From the NCBI GenBank assembly GCA_038212275.1, contig JBBQUR010000007.1:160440-224439 (forward strand): a stretch of DNA of 64,000 nucleotides, given 5' to 3'. The notes under the pieces were generated by a model, which was not told the origin of the DNA, ran no database searches, and was given only the letters and a program-made list of their open reading frames with translations. The position numbers were made by a program, and so were the translations under genes. Below, one piece after another: positions 61,980-64,000 of this stretch. This DNA is from Planctomycetota bacterium. Its GTDB lineage: Bacteria; Planctomycetota; B15-G4. Within the stretch, counting starts at the first letter, position 1. Each line of letters begins with the position of its first letter.

Positions 61980-63890
61980 ATGAAACCGTTGCTCCACTTC
62001 GGGACTCTCGGCCTGCTGTTCCTCGCGGCGTTCGCCGTGCCTGCAGCGCGTGCCGACCAGCCGCTCGACGAGCACGCGCCGTTCGGCGTCATCCAGTTCT
62101 CGCCCGGCGAGGCATGGATCGATCTTCCGTATGCGCTCGGCGAAAGCTGGAGCGCCACGCTCGCCGTGCTCACGGAGCTGAAATATCCGGTGCACGTGGA
62201 CGCGACCTACGTGGAGACGAACGGCCAGATCCGCGTCGCGGACCTCTGGGTGGCCGTCGAGCCGCACGGCTCACGCGATGCGAGTTACACGCGCATCCGC
62301 ATCGCAGTCGACGCGGGCCAGGACGAATACACCCAGGTGCGCGCCGAGGTCATCCTCGATGCGGTCGCCACGCGACTCGCGCCCGCGCCGGCTCCCGCGC
62401 CAACCCCGGCGACGACGTCCGCGCCGGCGACTGCACAGCCGCAGATCGAGTACGCCCCGCAGCCGCTCGACCCCGCCGTGCAGGACATCTACACCGGCTC
62501 GTACGCGGACACTGCGGCCGAGACGGCCATCTACAACACTTACAACACTTACAACACTTATGACTCGTACGGTTCGTACGGTTCGTACGGCTACTCCAAC
62601 CCGTACTACAACTGCTACGCGTACAACGCGCCCTACTGCGGTTATTCGCCTTACGGAAACGCCTGCAACGTTCATTATCCGTACGGAGGCTGGTACGGCG
62701 GCTACTACGCCTCGCCCAACTACAACACGTGGGCCTACGCCTCGTCGGGCTACGGCTATGGTTTCGGCTTCGGCTACGGGTCTGGCTACGGCTGCAATCC
62801 GTGGTGGAACTCCGGCTACTGGGGCAACTCCTGCGGAAGCTACGGTTACCCGTGGGGCGGTTGCGGCAGCAGCATCGTCGTGGTGTTCAACGACGACGAT
62901 GATGACGACAACAACTGCAACAACGACAATGGCAACAACGACAAGAACGAGTCGAGTTTCGGCGACGACGTCGTGGAGAGCAGCGGCAACAGCGCCAAGG
63001 GCGACGCAGCGACGGCATCCGGGGCATTGACCAGCCGCACGCCGAACGGCGGCCAGCTCGTGCAGGACACGCCGACCACTCCGATCGGCAGCAAGGCCGA
63101 CACGCGCGGCGTCGGCTTCCCCCGCATCACGGTCACGCACCGCGAACGGAACGATGTCGCGACGCGCTTCGATCCCCGCACGACGGTCACCCGCACCGTC
63201 GACACCCGCACCGTCGCCAGCGCGAGCACGGGCCGTCGCGAGACCGGCGCACAGCGCGAGGCTCCGACCTCGAGCCGGCCCGAGATCAGGTCGACTCTGC
63301 CGCGCGTGGTGGCCACGGGAAGCTCGGCGACTCGCTCCACCACCCCGACGTCCGGCCGAGTCGTGCGCATGAGCAGCCCTTCGTTCACGCCGGGCTTCGC
63401 GGGCGTCACGCCCGGCGTGCCGCGGCCTGCGATGGTGGTCGGTGGCACGACCGTCGCCACTCCGGTGGCCTACTTCCCGTCGCGCAGCGGCAGCAACGCC
63501 CCGTTCGGCGGCGCGCCTGTGCCGGTCGCCACTCGCACGACGGGCAGCATCGGGTCCGCGCCCGTGACCTCATCACCGGGCATGGTCTCCATTCCCATCG
63601 CGCCGCGTTCCTCGCCCCCCACCCTCGCCCCGGCGCCACGCAGCGGCGTTTCCGCCTACTCGCCGCCGGTTGCGACTCATCCGATCAGCGCTCCGCCTTC
63701 GGTGGCCCGGCCGCCGTCGATCTCCGCGCCGGCGCCCCGGCCCGTGTCGGTGCCGTCCTTCGGCGGCAGCTCGGGACGCGTGAGCACGGGTTCTTTTGGT
63801 GGCGGCGCGTCGGTCGGCCCGAGCGCCGGCCGCTCCGCCGGCGCTTCGGCAGGCACCTCGTCGAGCAGGGGCGGTCGCGGCCGGCCCTGA
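61980..63890 (+). CDS. Secreted low-complexity protein (Tyr/Gly-rich, Asp/Asn-rich and Pro/Ser/Thr-rich segments)
   Basis: GGAG SD, signal peptide ending ARA-D, small globular domain, then YNTYNTYNT, GYGYGFGFGYG, DDDDDDNNCNNDN and a long PST-rich tail. Confidence 0.75.
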   Translation: MKPLLHFGTLGLLFLAAFAVPAARADQPLDEHAPFGVIQFSPGEAWIDLPYALGESWSATLAVLTELKYPVHVDATYVETNGQIRVADLWVAVEPHGSRDASYTRIRIAVDAGQDEYTQVRAEVILDAVATRLAPAPAPAPTPATTSAPATAQPQIEYAPQPLDPAVQDIYTGSYADTAAETAIYNTYNTYNTYDSYGSYGSYGYSNPYYNCYAYNAPYCGYSPYGNACNVHYPYGGWYGGYYASPNYNTWAYASSGYGYGFGFGYGSGYGCNPWWNSGYWGNSCGSYGYPWGGCGSSIVVVFNDDDDDDNNCNNDNGNNDKNESSFGDDVVESSGNSAKGDAATASGALTSRTPNGGQLVQDTPTTPIGSKADTRGVGFPRITVTHRERNDVATRFDPRTTVTRTVDTRTVASASTGRRETGAQREAPTSSRPEIRSTLPRVVATGSSATRSTTPTSGRVVRMSSPSFTPGFAGVTPGVPRPAMVVGGTTVATPVAYFPSRSGSNAPFGGAPVPVATRTTGSIGSAPVTSSPGMVSIPIAPRSSPPTLAPAPRSGVSAYSPPVATHPISAPPSVARPPSISAPAPRPVSVPSFGGSSGRVSTGSFGGGASVGPSAGRSAGASAGTSSSRGGRGRP

Positions 63891-64000
63891 TCGAGCACTC
63901 CTCCGAAACGTGGGGGCGGCGGCGCGCTGTCGCCGGCCCCCCCGCCCGTCCCCGCGCGCCGGGGGCCCGGGGGCAGGGGGCGTCACACAACGCGGGGCCC

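Noticed and set aside
63905..64000. G/C-run-rich segment as a terminator or G-quadruplex
   Set aside because: Several alternative pairings are possible, there is no U-tract, and it is cut by the window edge.

Overview
Very GC-rich bacterial chromosome segment. It is most consistent with a Planctomycetota-type organism, an inference from the DUF5658 protein, the Ser/Thr kinase, and secreted repeat proteins that share a C-terminal domain. Left to right: (1) 1-7.8 kb is a decayed accessory patch downstream of a tRNA-Ile(CAU), with secreted repeat proteins, IS91-like and integrase remnants, a DUF547/radical-SAM pair, and a broken FG-GAP + catalytically dead trypsin-like gene. (2) 9-35 kb is a large surface-glycan/protein-glycosylation region (SGNH-TPR, nucleotide-sugar dehydrogenase, MATE, two UGM-like flavoproteins, GT2/GT4 enzymes, WecA-like initiator, TMTC-like GT-C, Thr-type sulfatase-fold protein), interrupted by moaA and a Cys-rich MerR + sigma70 pair. 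(3) 38-42 kb is a three-gene operon behind a Fur-box-like palindrome: outer-membrane porin, FMN-binding domain fused to ApbE flavin transferase, and a His-bearing membrane protein. This is the best candidate for an undescribed system. (4) boxB-boxC with divergent boxR and a TGCA-N6-TGCA operator, but no boxA. (5) Housekeeping genes: mqnB-mqnD, stand-alone fusA, Ser/Thr kinase, rho, CoA-transferase A/B, DCC1, YceH, a cytochrome-c-peroxidase remnant, a Ddl-like ATP-grasp ligase, and a low-complexity secreted protein. No CRISPR array or rRNA was seen. All calls come from reading motifs by eye; no database search was run.
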